This document shows, one piece after another, positions 53,088 to 62,632 of a DNA stretch of 64,000 nt. Positions within the stretch are counted from its first letter, which is position 1; every line of letters starts with the position of its first letter. The stretch lies in IMG/VR virus record IMGVR_UViG_3300025659_000005; one strand, written 5' to 3'. This stretch comes from an uncultured virus (IMG/VR IMGVR_UViG_3300025659_000005) (taxonomy: Duplodnaviria > Heunggongvirae > Uroviricota > Caudoviricetes). The position numbers and the translations under genes were made by a program. The notes beneath the pieces are model-generated. The model did no database searches. It worked only from the letters and a program-made list of their open reading frames with translations, and was not told where the DNA came from.

Positions 53088-53831
53088 TCATTGGGCCTCC
53101 TCTAATGATTTATGAATCATATACTTTTTACCATAATGATTCAATTTTTTCTCAACCTTCTCTTTGACTTCTTTCCAGTTTATTGTTTTTTGGTGTTTGT
53201 TATAATTCAATTTACCAACACCATAAAAATCTGTGAATTCATGAGTATTATCGATAACATCTAATGCTTCTTGAAGATCAATAATTGGCTCTAAACTTAA
53301 CCAAGTTTTAATGTTTCTTTTTTTGGCTCTTCTTAGATTTTCAATCCTTTGTTTGGGGGAAGCTGCAAATGGTTCCCATTCTTTTTGTAAATCTTCATTT
53401 AACATAACTAAAGTAATACCGAATTCGTTTTCTTGAACTTGAGACAAAAGATCAAAATCTCTTTGAGCTAAATCTTCTCCTTTTGTAAGTATTCGAACAG
53501 GAAAATCAAACGAATTTAATAATTTAATTGATGTTCGTGTTAGTTTTAGTTCTTCCTCTAGTGGTTGATAAGGATCACTAGTGAATGACATAAGAACTTG
53601 AGATTTTTCGAATTCATCATTCTTTTCAATCAATTCTAAGTCTCTTATTAATCTCGTAATAATATCCTTTTTTGGTTTAATTGTTCCGTTAAAATTTTCT
53701 CTAGTGATTTTACAAACACCAGGGACAAAGCAGTACTTACAACCATGATTACAACCTATATAAAGATTGAGCGCAAGATCTGCATATTCTTTAGCAGAAC
53801 CTTTTGGTTCATATATCACTCTATTTGGCAT
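53088..53831 (-). CDS. Radical SAM protein
   Basis: GCNHGCKYC (CxxxCxxC), TSDPYQ, ILTKG and SLEP. Confidence 0.9.
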   Translation of the reverse strand: MPNRVIYEPKGSAKEYADLALNLYIGCNHGCKYCFVPGVCKITRENFNGTIKPKKDIITRLIRDLELIEKNDEFEKSQVLMSFTSDPYQPLEEELKLTRTSIKLLNSFDFPVRILTKGEDLAQRDFDLLSQVQENEFGITLVMLNEDLQKEWEPFAASPKQRIENLRRAKKRNIKTWLSLEPIIDLQEALDVIDNTHEFTDFYGVGKLNYNKHQKTINWKEVKEKVEKKLNHYGKKYMIHKSLEEAQ

Positions 53832-54543
53832 TTGATTTTTCCTTCCACAAGAGATTTCTCCCTTTAGTATAAGTTATATTTAATGGATCATGTGGTTTCT
53901 TTATAAAGATAACTGTACCCATTTGAGTTTTACCATGTTTATAAGGATACCCTTGTGGGTATATAGACCAATGATCTGGTATCCAATATTCTTTTAATAA
54001 TATGTCGAATATATCACTTATTTGAAACTCTGATTTTTCTGAAAAAATATATGGATTTTTTAATACAAAATTACTAATAAGTAGTAATTCGTTTTTAACT
54101 CCATTATCTATAGTTTTCATAATTTTCTTAAGATAATCAGATCCATATTTTGGTTGCATTACACCATCATAATTAATAATTGATGGGTTGAATTGTTTGC
54201 CTATTATTCTTTCGCAAATAGTTTCAAGGAAATCTCCATGAATCCATTTAATGTGTGGATAATATTTCGCATTAGTTTTAATCACTTTTTCTTCTCGATC
54301 AACTCCGTAGAATTGATCTGGGTGAATTAGGTTGGAATTAACCAAATGCCCTAATTCACCCACTATAGAAGAAGTTCGAGTATAATGCGCTCCACACATT
54401 GTCCAATACTCTGAGTTTTCAGGAATTGATAACCTTCTAAATACTTTACGATATATTTTAATTATCGTTTTATATCTAGCTTCCACTTTTATATCATCAT
54501 CCCAAGGACTACTATGTACATAATTAGGTTGTGTATTGCGCAT
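53821..54543 (-). CDS. Hypothetical protein, possibly SAM-dependent methyltransferase fold
   Basis: TMCGA, YGVDRE, IHGDFLE and IINYDG, spaced like class I MTase motifs I-IV. Confidence 0.45.
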   Translation of the reverse strand: MRNTQPNYVHSSPWDDDIKVEARYKTIIKIYRKVFRRLSIPENSEYWTMCGAHYTRTSSIVGELGHLVNSNLIHPDQFYGVDREEKVIKTNAKYYPHIKWIHGDFLETICERIIGKQFNPSIINYDGVMQPKYGSDYLKKIMKTIDNGVKNELLLISNFVLKNPYIFSEKSEFQISDIFDILLKEYWIPDHWSIYPQGYPYKHGKTQMGTVIFIKKPHDPLNITYTKGRNLLWKEKSNAK

Positions 54544-54564
54544 TATTTAAACCCTCAATTAATA

Positions 54565-57500
54565 TTATCTAAGGATATGTTGAAATAATTCTTTCTTTTT
54601 GTATATTCGATTGACTAATCCATAATATCCATTCTTTTTTAACCATGTAGCTGGTGGTAATTTTCCACCATTGTCTTTAGCAAGAATCTCTGCTATTTCT
54701 AACCAATCCTCAAAAGATTTACTAGGATTAACCATAAAATCTCTATCAATATGTGAAAATGATTTTTTGTTTAAAGAAAGATAAACTACTAATCTTTTGT
54801 GTCCATTCTCTCTTAACCATTTAGCTGGTGGTAATTTTCCACCATTGTCTTTAGCTAACTTCTCGGCTATTTCGATCCATTCATCTGAAGGTTTGTGACA
54901 ATAATCTCTTTTAATATGTTTGAATGATTTTTTATTTGCGTATATAATACGAATTAATGTATTATAACCATTTGTTTTTAACCATTTAGCTGGTGGCAAT
55001 TTTCCACCATTGTCTTTAGCTAACTTCTCGGCTATTTCGATCCATTCATCCAGAGATTTAAGATTATTATCATTTCTTTTAATATGAGAAAATGTATCTC
55101 TATTTGATATTATACATTGATATAACTTACGATAACCATTTGTTTTCAACCAACTAAGTGATGGTAATTTTCCACCATTGTCTTTAGCTAACTTCTCGGC
55201 TATTTCGATCCATTCATCCAGAGATTTACACGGATCATTAATAAAATCTCTATCAATATGTGAAAATGATTTTTTGTTTATACAAAGATGGTTTACTAAT
55301 CTTCCGTACCCATTCTTTCTTAACCATTTAACTGGTGGTAATTTTCCACCATTGTCTTTAGCTAACTTCTCGGCTATTTCGATCCATTCATCCAGAGATT
55401 TACACGGATCATTAATAAAATCTCTATCAATATGTGAAAATGATTTTTTGTTTAAATGGTAAAGTAAATTTGAATACCCATTTTCTATCAACCATGTAGC
55501 TGGTGGCAATTTTCCACCATTGTCTTTAACTAGATTCTCGGCTATTTTAAGCCATTTTTCTGGAGGCATAGAATCATATTTTCTTTTAATATGATCAAAC
55601 ATTTTCTTATGTTTACTATACAAGAGAGCAGTTAACCCCATATAACCATTTCTTTTTAACCAAATATATGATTGTAATTTTCCACCATTATCTTTAGCTA
55701 ACTTCTCTGCAATTTTAACCCAATCCTCTGGTGAATTTCTTTCTTTATATAAATTTTCTTTAAGAATATGTTTAAATGAATTTTTATATTTATACAAACA
55801 AATTTCTAATCCATTATACCCATTCTCTCTTAACCATTTAGATGGTGGTAATTTTCCACCATTTTCTTCAGTTAATTTCTCAGCTATTTGTACCCATTCT
55901 TCTATAGATTTTCTTTCTCCCTTAATAACATCTCTAAATTCTTGAAATGTTTTTGATGTACATGTATTAGTTCCAAAAATTCTTAAATCTTCAAAGATGT
56001 CATTCAACCAAATTTTATCAAAATCTTCGATAAAATAATTTGAATTATTTTTAGAATAATCAATTGATTTAATAATATGTTTTTGATTGTGCATTTTTCT
56101 AAAAACTAAACCGATGTGATTAATGATTTGGTCTTGATTTTTAATTATGTTCTCTGATGTTAATAAACATTTGATCCATTGTTTAACATCTTGAGCAGAT
56201 GGATCTTCTGAAACAGATTTCATAACTATTAGTTTTTTAATTATGTTCTCCAATAATTTTGCTCTTTCATCATCATCTGGAAATATTTCCTCTAGAGGAT
56301 TAATATATAACTCTCTTCTATTATTTGATTTTAATTTTGTTGGGTATTTAATTGGTTCAATAATGTCTTGTAACAATAAAGATGTTGCTAGAGCATTGAA
56401 ACTTTTACTTAAATGTATTCGCCTTTCTTCTTCGTTTTTAAATTTACTTTCAAAAGGAAGAAAACAGTAATATATTATTGATTTCTTATTAAAGAAATCT
56501 CTCCACAATCTACCGAAACGTTGATGTGTTATTCTTAAAGTATTTGAAGGTGCTAAATCAAGACATTGTTCTGCATGAACCCAATCTGATCCTTCATCAA
56601 ATATTTTAAGAGTTAGTATCACATCAACATGTTTAGCATCTCTATTATCAAGGAGTATTTCTTTTCTCTTATCTCTACCGTTGGTTTCAATAAGATCAAG
56701 AATTTTACAATCATGCCACTCTTCTTTGATAGTTTTAATAAGTTTATCTTTAAATTTATTCTTATTACTATCATTCATAAGATGACCAACATAAGGACAG
56801 AAAATTATGCTCTTTTTGTGTCCTAATTTAAATACTTTCTTAACTTCATCAAATATTTCATATTGTTTGTATATAACAAAATTAAAAGTAAAATCTTCAA
56901 TATACTTAATATTTTCTTCCCAATGTTTATCTAGAGGAAGAAAATGCTTATCAAATGTATCTAGAATTTCTTTAGGTATAATAGAATTACTATCACCACG
57001 ATATGGTGTAGCTGTTACTAACCAAAGAGAACTATCAGATTTATTTTTAAAAATATGATTGACCATACTTCCAATTCTATTTGATGTTTCATTATCCTCA
57101 TACATTATATGATGAGCTTCATCAATTACGATTGTAGTATTATCAAATATATCATTAAATTTTGATACTTTTGAATATGTTTGAGCTAAAGTAGAATGTG
57201 TAACAATAGCCACACGATTTTCAATACCAGGTTCAAATTCTTTCTTTTTAAGAAATTTAGTTAAGTATTTGATTTTTTGAAGGTTAGATTTCTTGCAAAG
57301 ATCATGAAAACAATCCCAATTAATTTGTGTACCATCATCATATTGAAGAATCATTTTTCCAAAAGATTTTGCAATAAATGTTTGAGGTACAGCTATAACA
57401 ACTTTCATGTTTGGATTATTTTTCAATCTATCAGCCATAACAAAAGCAACATTAATAGATTTACCTGATCCAGGTGGTTGTATCAGTTGAAAATATTTTG

Positions 57501-57636
57501 AATTTCGATTTTCTTCAAAAACTTCTCTTTGTTGGTTCCTCTGTGTGATTATTTCAAAATCTTCATTTTGATCTATTTTTATATCTACAGGTTTAATTTT
57601 ATCAATGTGTCTTCCGAAAGCTCTAAAAATAGTCAT
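54565..57636 (-). CDS. SF2 (DEAH) helicase with C-terminal tandem repeats
   Basis: PPGSGKS, IDEAHH, TATPYRGD, DEGSD and QRFGRLWR; 8 repeats of about 57 aa. Confidence 0.88.
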   Translation of the reverse strand: MTIFRAFGRHIDKIKPVDIKIDQNEDFEIITQRNQQREVFEENRNSKYFQLIQPPGSGKSINVAFVMADRLKNNPNMKVVIAVPQTFIAKSFGKMILQYDDGTQINWDCFHDLCKKSNLQKIKYLTKFLKKKEFEPGIENRVAIVTHSTLAQTYSKVSKFNDIFDNTTIVIDEAHHIMYEDNETSNRIGSMVNHIFKNKSDSSLWLVTATPYRGDSNSIIPKEILDTFDKHFLPLDKHWEENIKYIEDFTFNFVIYKQYEIFDEVKKVFKLGHKKSIIFCPYVGHLMNDSNKNKFKDKLIKTIKEEWHDCKILDLIETNGRDKRKEILLDNRDAKHVDVILTLKIFDEGSDWVHAEQCLDLAPSNTLRITHQRFGRLWRDFFNKKSIIYYCFLPFESKFKNEEERRIHLSKSFNALATSLLLQDIIEPIKYPTKLKSNNRRELYINPLEEIFPDDDERAKLLENIIKKLIVMKSVSEDPSAQDVKQWIKCLLTSENIIKNQDQIINHIGLVFRKMHNQKHIIKSIDYSKNNSNYFIEDFDKIWLNDIFEDLRIFGTNTCTSKTFQEFRDVIKGERKSIEEWVQIAEKLTEENGGKLPPSKWLRENGYNGLEICLYKYKNSFKHILKENLYKERNSPEDWVKIAEKLAKDNGGKLQSYIWLKRNGYMGLTALLYSKHKKMFDHIKRKYDSMPPEKWLKIAENLVKDNGGKLPPATWLIENGYSNLLYHLNKKSFSHIDRDFINDPCKSLDEWIEIAEKLAKDNGGKLPPVKWLRKNGYGRLVNHLCINKKSFSHIDRDFINDPCKSLDEWIEIAEKLAKDNGGKLPSLSWLKTNGYRKLYQCIISNRDTFSHIKRNDNNLKSLDEWIEIAEKLAKDNGGKLPPAKWLKTNGYNTLIRIIYANKKSFKHIKRDYCHKPSDEWIEIAEKLAKDNGGKLPPAKWLRENGHKRLVVYLSLNKKSFSHIDRDFMVNPSKSFEDWLEIAEILAKDNGGKLPPATWLKKNGYYGLVNRIYKKKELFQHILR
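54568..55911 (-). repeat. Eight coding tandem repeats (WxxIAExLxxxNGGKLxxxxWLxxNGY)
   Basis: Directly visible in protein and DNA (recurrent AATTTTCCACCATT on the + strand). Confidence 0.95.
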
Positions 57637-57684
57637 ACTTTCTCCTTTAATTTAAAAATAAATTTAAGCAAATTACTATTATCT

Positions 57685-57712
57685 TATTATTTCTATATTA
57701 AAACAAAGAAAA
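57685..57712 (-). promoter_or_regulatory. Conserved promoter-like motif (copy 7)
   Basis: ATATAGAAATAATA core upstream of the helicase; preceded by hairpin TAGCTAC-TTCG-GTAGCTA (about 57721-57748). Confidence 0.7.
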
Positions 57713-59290
57713 TATAAATTATCCCTAGCTACCGAAGTAGCTAAGGATATTAGATTATTTTAGGTTAAGATTTACATACTGAGATGTTATTTTTAAGAGA
57801 TTTTCATAATCTCCACTCATAGCTTCATCTCTATATTTATTAAGATACTCTTCATCTGCTCCCTCATTAAAGAGAGATTTACAAGTTTTACCAATTATTA
57901 CGAAAGCGTTTCCGTCTTCACCATCTAAATCTATTTCAATTTCTGGTTTTTCGTTTGGTGCTTTCATGAATCTCCTATTACTCATATAAATGTGATGATT
58001 TATGTCTGCTACTATCAACACTATCAAAATCATAAAATGCGTTTGATACTGATGCAAAACAAGTAGGACATCGAAATCTAAAAGGTTCTCTTAATTTTTT
58101 ATTACATTTAACACAACGTCTACCATTAAATTTACCAAGAATTTCTTTTGGTGATTTACGTAAAACATCTTTAAATGGTATTTTTCTTTGGTAGTTTCTA
58201 GATCTTTCTAAAATTTTTAATCGTTTTTTCTCTTGACATTCTTCTTTTTCACATGCTGTTCGTCGCCACCAATTAGTTAGATTTCTTGGAATTTTGTCAT
58301 TACAAAATTCACAAAAATTATCTGGTTGATTGTTTGCTTTATTCTTAGATTTTGACAATTATTTCTCCTATTCATCATTTTCATTTATTCTAGTAATAAA
58401 TTCAGTTACTGCTTGAATGATTGCAGACTTTTCAAAATATGTTGTTGTACAAAGAAATCTTTCAATTTCTTCTTCTGGAATTATATAATCATTTTCTTTT
58501 ACTTCATCACAAACCTCTAACAATTTTTCATCTTGAATTTTTTCATTAAGTTTATTTATTTGAGCATCGACCTTACTTGCTTTTTCATAAAAGTCAGATC
58601 TTTTCTTCTTGAGTTTGATCATCTCATCGGTATCTTCAACTTTTTCTTTTGCTAGTTTATATAAAATATCTTTAGAATGACTGTAATCTGATTGGTGTTT
58701 TTCATTTTTAACTTTATCATATTGGTTTTTGAATACTTCATATGTTTTATTTAATAGTTCTTTTGCTTCATCAGGACTATTAACCATTGAGTTTCCAGGC
58801 TCAAGAATAATAGATTTTCTACAAACAAGTATAGGAATGATTTTTTTAGACTTTTTATCAATTCTTGTTGATAGTTTAGCGTCAGCTGTTGCACCACAAT
58901 TATTATGTTTATCCGATATTATAAAATTATGGTTATAATATTTAATAAATATATCATATATACCTTTTGGAATATCGAAAACATATTCTTTTATATAATT
59001 TTCTTTTTGGTATTTATTATTTTTTTACCTTTGAAAGAATAGTTACTTAAAAATAATCAATATCTTTCTGTGTGTAAAATGACTTCATACTATTTATCTC
59101 CTTTATTACTAGAATTATAAGTACTGTGTGTATTTATCAAGAATTGAAACAACTAAGTTATGACCTATACCATAAACGTCCATAATTTCAAACTCTGACA
59201 TGCCTAACATATACCCATTAATAACACCTTCTAATATTTCTGGAAGAATGTAAGCAGTATCAGTATCTATAGAATGACCCATAATACTCC

Positions 59291-60640
59291 TTAAATATTA
59301 GAACTACAAAAATTACAAATTAGAGCGTAACAATCATTTACGTTATTACTTATTTTCAATTTAATATCTTTTATATTTTTATCATTCTCTTGAATATTAA
59401 CATTATGTTCGATTAATGATTTGATACTTTTGGTTGTACATACGTTTTTAATATCTTCATTAGAGATAGTTTTTTCGACCAACATGAATTGATCTTGATC
59501 TTGATAATAATCTTCAGTCTTAATCTTATAATTTTTAAGAGCAAAGATTTTAATAATTTCATCAATAGATTTTACAGTTGGGTGATTTCTTAATATTTCA
59601 CGAATGATTAAAATAATTTCGTTAGTGAACTTCTTATCGATATGTTTGATACATTCATTAATAAGACTAAATTTAACAATCTCTACATAATACTCATAAC
59701 ACCTGAGTAAGATATCATCAACACCTTCTTGCTTAACAGACCCATCATTTTCACAAATATATATGATAAAATTAATGTTTTTGATTAGGTGTTTCTTATA
59801 TATATATTTATAAAATGTTTGTAGATCTTCTCTTTTAGTTGGTTTAACACTAACATCAATTGTTGCACCAGAATAACATTCACAGTGTAATCTATCGTCA
59901 TCTTTTAAAGATGCAAATGTCGTTTGTGGTACTCTTCCTAAGATTCTTAATTCTTTATTTTTAGAAACACAATTAGGAATAATTGTTAGAGTACCAGAGC
60001 CATTAGTTAAAATCTTTTCTGCTTGAATATCATCTCGTTTAATAGAACAACCGTCTTTAGTTAGATTTGGATATATTATGATTTTATCTAATTCATCTTC
60101 AGTTATCAAATATTTTAATCTTTTTGCTAGATCACTTAATTTGTATCTTGGAATAATTGTTCGGTGTGCAGCTATACCCATATAAATATCACCATCACCA
60201 ATTAATCCTATTGGTATAGGTGATGGTATAAATAAAGGTTCGTTTTCATATTCATATTCATCCCAAGGAACAAGATTAATATATTTAAAACAAAATTCAT
60301 CAACCCATTTTTTTAGTTTAGCTTCAGTATATCTTTCTGCACTAGGGTTAGCATCATCTAATCCAGGTGTTCCAAAATTTCCTTGATTGTCTACAAATCC
60401 TTGTTTATAAAGAGTTATTAGTGCTCCATATGCAGCTAATGTTCCATGTGGATGATAAGTACCAGTAGCATAACCAGTAATCTTTGAACACTTAGTAAAT
60501 TTTTTAGAAGCAATATCATGCATGCTTAGTAATAACCGTCTATAAACAGGTGTCAAACAATCTACAGGATTAGGAATCATTCTAAAACGAGAAATATATT
60601 TGAAATATTCAGTATAAAAAATTGGAATAACTTTTTCCAT
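59291..60640 (-). CDS. Type IIA topoisomerase A subunit
   Basis: DCLTPVYRRLL, YHPHG, QGNFG and AERYTE (catalytic Tyr). Confidence 0.9.
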   Translation of the reverse strand: MEKVIPIFYTEYFKYISRFRMIPNPVDCLTPVYRRLLLSMHDIASKKFTKCSKITGYATGTYHPHGTLAAYGALITLYKQGFVDNQGNFGTPGLDDANPSAERYTEAKLKKWVDEFCFKYINLVPWDEYEYENEPLFIPSPIPIGLIGDGDIYMGIAAHRTIIPRYKLSDLAKRLKYLITEDELDKIIIYPNLTKDGCSIKRDDIQAEKILTNGSGTLTIIPNCVSKNKELRILGRVPQTTFASLKDDDRLHCECYSGATIDVSVKPTKREDLQTFYKYIYKKHLIKNINFIIYICENDGSVKQEGVDDILLRCYEYYVEIVKFSLINECIKHIDKKFTNEIILIIREILRNHPTVKSIDEIIKIFALKNYKIKTEDYYQDQDQFMLVEKTISNEDIKNVCTTKSIKSLIEHNVNIQENDKNIKDIKLKISNNVNDCYALICNFCSSNI

Positions 60641-60825
60641 TAGTCAGAATCCCTCGCTATTTTGGCTAGATCCAACATTTCTTGTTCGAGTATTTTGAAA
60701 TCACCTGGCTCATAAGAATACACTGGAGATCTTTGTTTATCTATAGTATTATTCATACTTATCATCGCACATCTTCTGGTAATCAATGCTTCCAACTTAA
60801 TTTTTATTTCTAGTTCTTTCAATTG

Positions 60826-61656
60826 TTATTCCTCCATAAGTCGTTGTCTTAAAACTATATTTTCCAATTCTTTTACACCACCAAGTTGATCGAATACAGG
60901 AATAAATATATTAAAAAATGAATTAAAATCTGGCAAACTAATTGATATTGTTTTATGTACAAGATTAGCAATACTTAAACTGATTGATTCTCGATTAGGT
61001 TTTCTTATTGTTAAGAATTTATTCATAACATATGACTTATTTAATTTCATATCATCTTCAACAAATCTACACATACTCCTTAGAGTGTCGTATCCTTTCG
61101 TTGAATCATAATCAATTATGTTTTTAATATACTTCTTAAATCTATACAATGTATTAAAATCATTTTTTATGCGTATATTTGGTAGAATTTTATCCGCATA
61201 CAGTTCAAAGAATGTGAATCGATTAATCATTCGATTCTGTGCTTTGATAAATTTATCTGAACCTTCTTCAATTACGTTATAATAATTTGGTCTACCATAA
61301 TTTACACTAGCAGTATGTAGATCCATATTACTATTATATTGATACAGTAAATAAATATCTTTTTGGTCATATGTAAATCGTAAACATGTTTTTAATACAG
61401 CATTATCACTGTTATAATAGAAATTATCATTAGAATCATAAACATCAACTTTGATTGAATATTGTTCACTTGCAAACTCATCATGTTGAACAAGTCGCTG
61501 TTCTTTATTAATTTTTACAAATTGAAAAGTAGTTTCGGTGTAACCAGAATACAGATTTTTGAGTACATATTTATCATTATAAAAATATGTTAGCAAAGAT
61601 AATATTTCATAGTTCTTATGTTTATTATTCTCTAGTGTGATGCTCTTTTGACTCAT
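60826..61656 (-). CDS. Hypothetical protein
   Basis: 276-aa ORF coupled to the primase gene. Confidence 0.7.
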   Translation of the reverse strand: MSQKSITLENNKHKNYEILSLLTYFYNDKYVLKNLYSGYTETTFQFVKINKEQRLVQHDEFASEQYSIKVDVYDSNDNFYYNSDNAVLKTCLRFTYDQKDIYLLYQYNSNMDLHTASVNYGRPNYYNVIEEGSDKFIKAQNRMINRFTFFELYADKILPNIRIKNDFNTLYRFKKYIKNIIDYDSTKGYDTLRSMCRFVEDDMKLNKSYVMNKFLTIRKPNRESISLSIANLVHKTISISLPDFNSFFNIFIPVFDQLGGVKELENIVLRQRLMEE

Positions 61657-62632
61657 ACTTAGTCTCCCAATCTATTTTTACTACTGCTGGAAAATCGGCA
61701 ACATCATTACCGATTAAAGGTTTAAACGCATTAATCCAGATCTTGCCGTTATAAATTTGTATTATTTTCTTTAACATCAATAAAATCTTTCTACTTTTAT
61801 TATAATGATCACTATCGAAAATAATGTTAATTTCCAAATCATCAATTAAATAGTACATAATAATTAAACGTTCTAGGTTGTTGACATAATTTTTACCATT
61901 AATACTGATAAAAATATTGTCTTTGAATAGGTCGTTATATAAATATAAACTGATTACATCAAATGGTCCTTCGCAGATAGTAATTTTGTTAATGTTGTTA
62001 TGGATGTTTTGAAAATAGTATAAGTTGCTTGTGTTCGTATTAACTATGTATCTTTGATTATGTGATACATTGTTATCTGTGTGTCTTAATAAAACGTTTT
62101 CCCCAATATGATTCGTGAATCTACACATCAATATACTATTCTTATATAGTGATGGAGATAGTAGAAATGTTGATGGATCTACGTCTGGTCCTAATCTCTT
62201 ATTAATATAATTTCTATAATTAATGTAGTGATTATAATAATTCTTTTTGAAATTTAGAGTGTATTTTAATAATTCTTTCTTTAAGTGACTAAAACGTGGC
62301 GCGAGATTTGTTTGATTACGCAACCGAAAATAATCTTTAGTAAAGTTAATTTTGATAAAACTTGATATGTATTTTAGAACATCTTGATCATCGAATCCAG
62401 TTTGTAGTAATAGACTTAACAAGGTACCACTACTATTACATCTAAAACAACTAAAAACTGGCATGGTTGTTGATATATACAAGTGTCCGTGATTTAAAGC
62501 TTTCTTTCTTAATGCATCATCACAGAACGGACAATGTATTATTATTTCTCCTTGAGGTATCACACGGAACATGTTCGGAGATATTTGTTTTAGATGTTCT
62601 AGCACCGGTGGAATTTGATTTACATCAAACAT
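61625..62632 (-). CDS. DNA primase (Zn ribbon plus TOPRIM, gp61-like)
   Basis: CPFC...CFRC, ICEGPFD and FDSD. Confidence 0.85.
   Translation of the reverse strand: MFDVNQIPPVLEHLKQISPNMFRVIPQGEIIIHCPFCDDALRKKALNHGHLYISTTMPVFSCFRCNSSGTLLSLLLQTGFDDQDVLKYISSFIKINFTKDYFRLRNQTNLAPRFSHLKKELLKYTLNFKKNYYNHYINYRNYINKRLGPDVDPSTFLLSPSLYKNSILMCRFTNHIGENVLLRHTDNNVSHNQRYIVNTNTSNLYYFQNIHNNINKITICEGPFDVISLYLYNDLFKDNIFISINGKNYVNNLERLIIMYYLIDDLEINIIFDSDHYNKSRKILLMLKKIIQIYNGKIWINAFKPLIGNDVADFPAVVKIDWETKYESKEHHTRE

Noticed and set aside
15014..53783. Scattered GCAAGATCT words (e.g. about 15018, 22544, 31160, 41914, 53774)
   Set aside because: They lie inside minus-strand CDSs as Asp-Leu-Ala codons and lack the TAAAAC half of the junction repeat.
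54568..55911. Diversity-generating retroelement TR/VR or CRISPR
   Set aside because: The repeats are in-frame coding units, the differences do not appear adenine-specific, and no reverse transcriptase is present.
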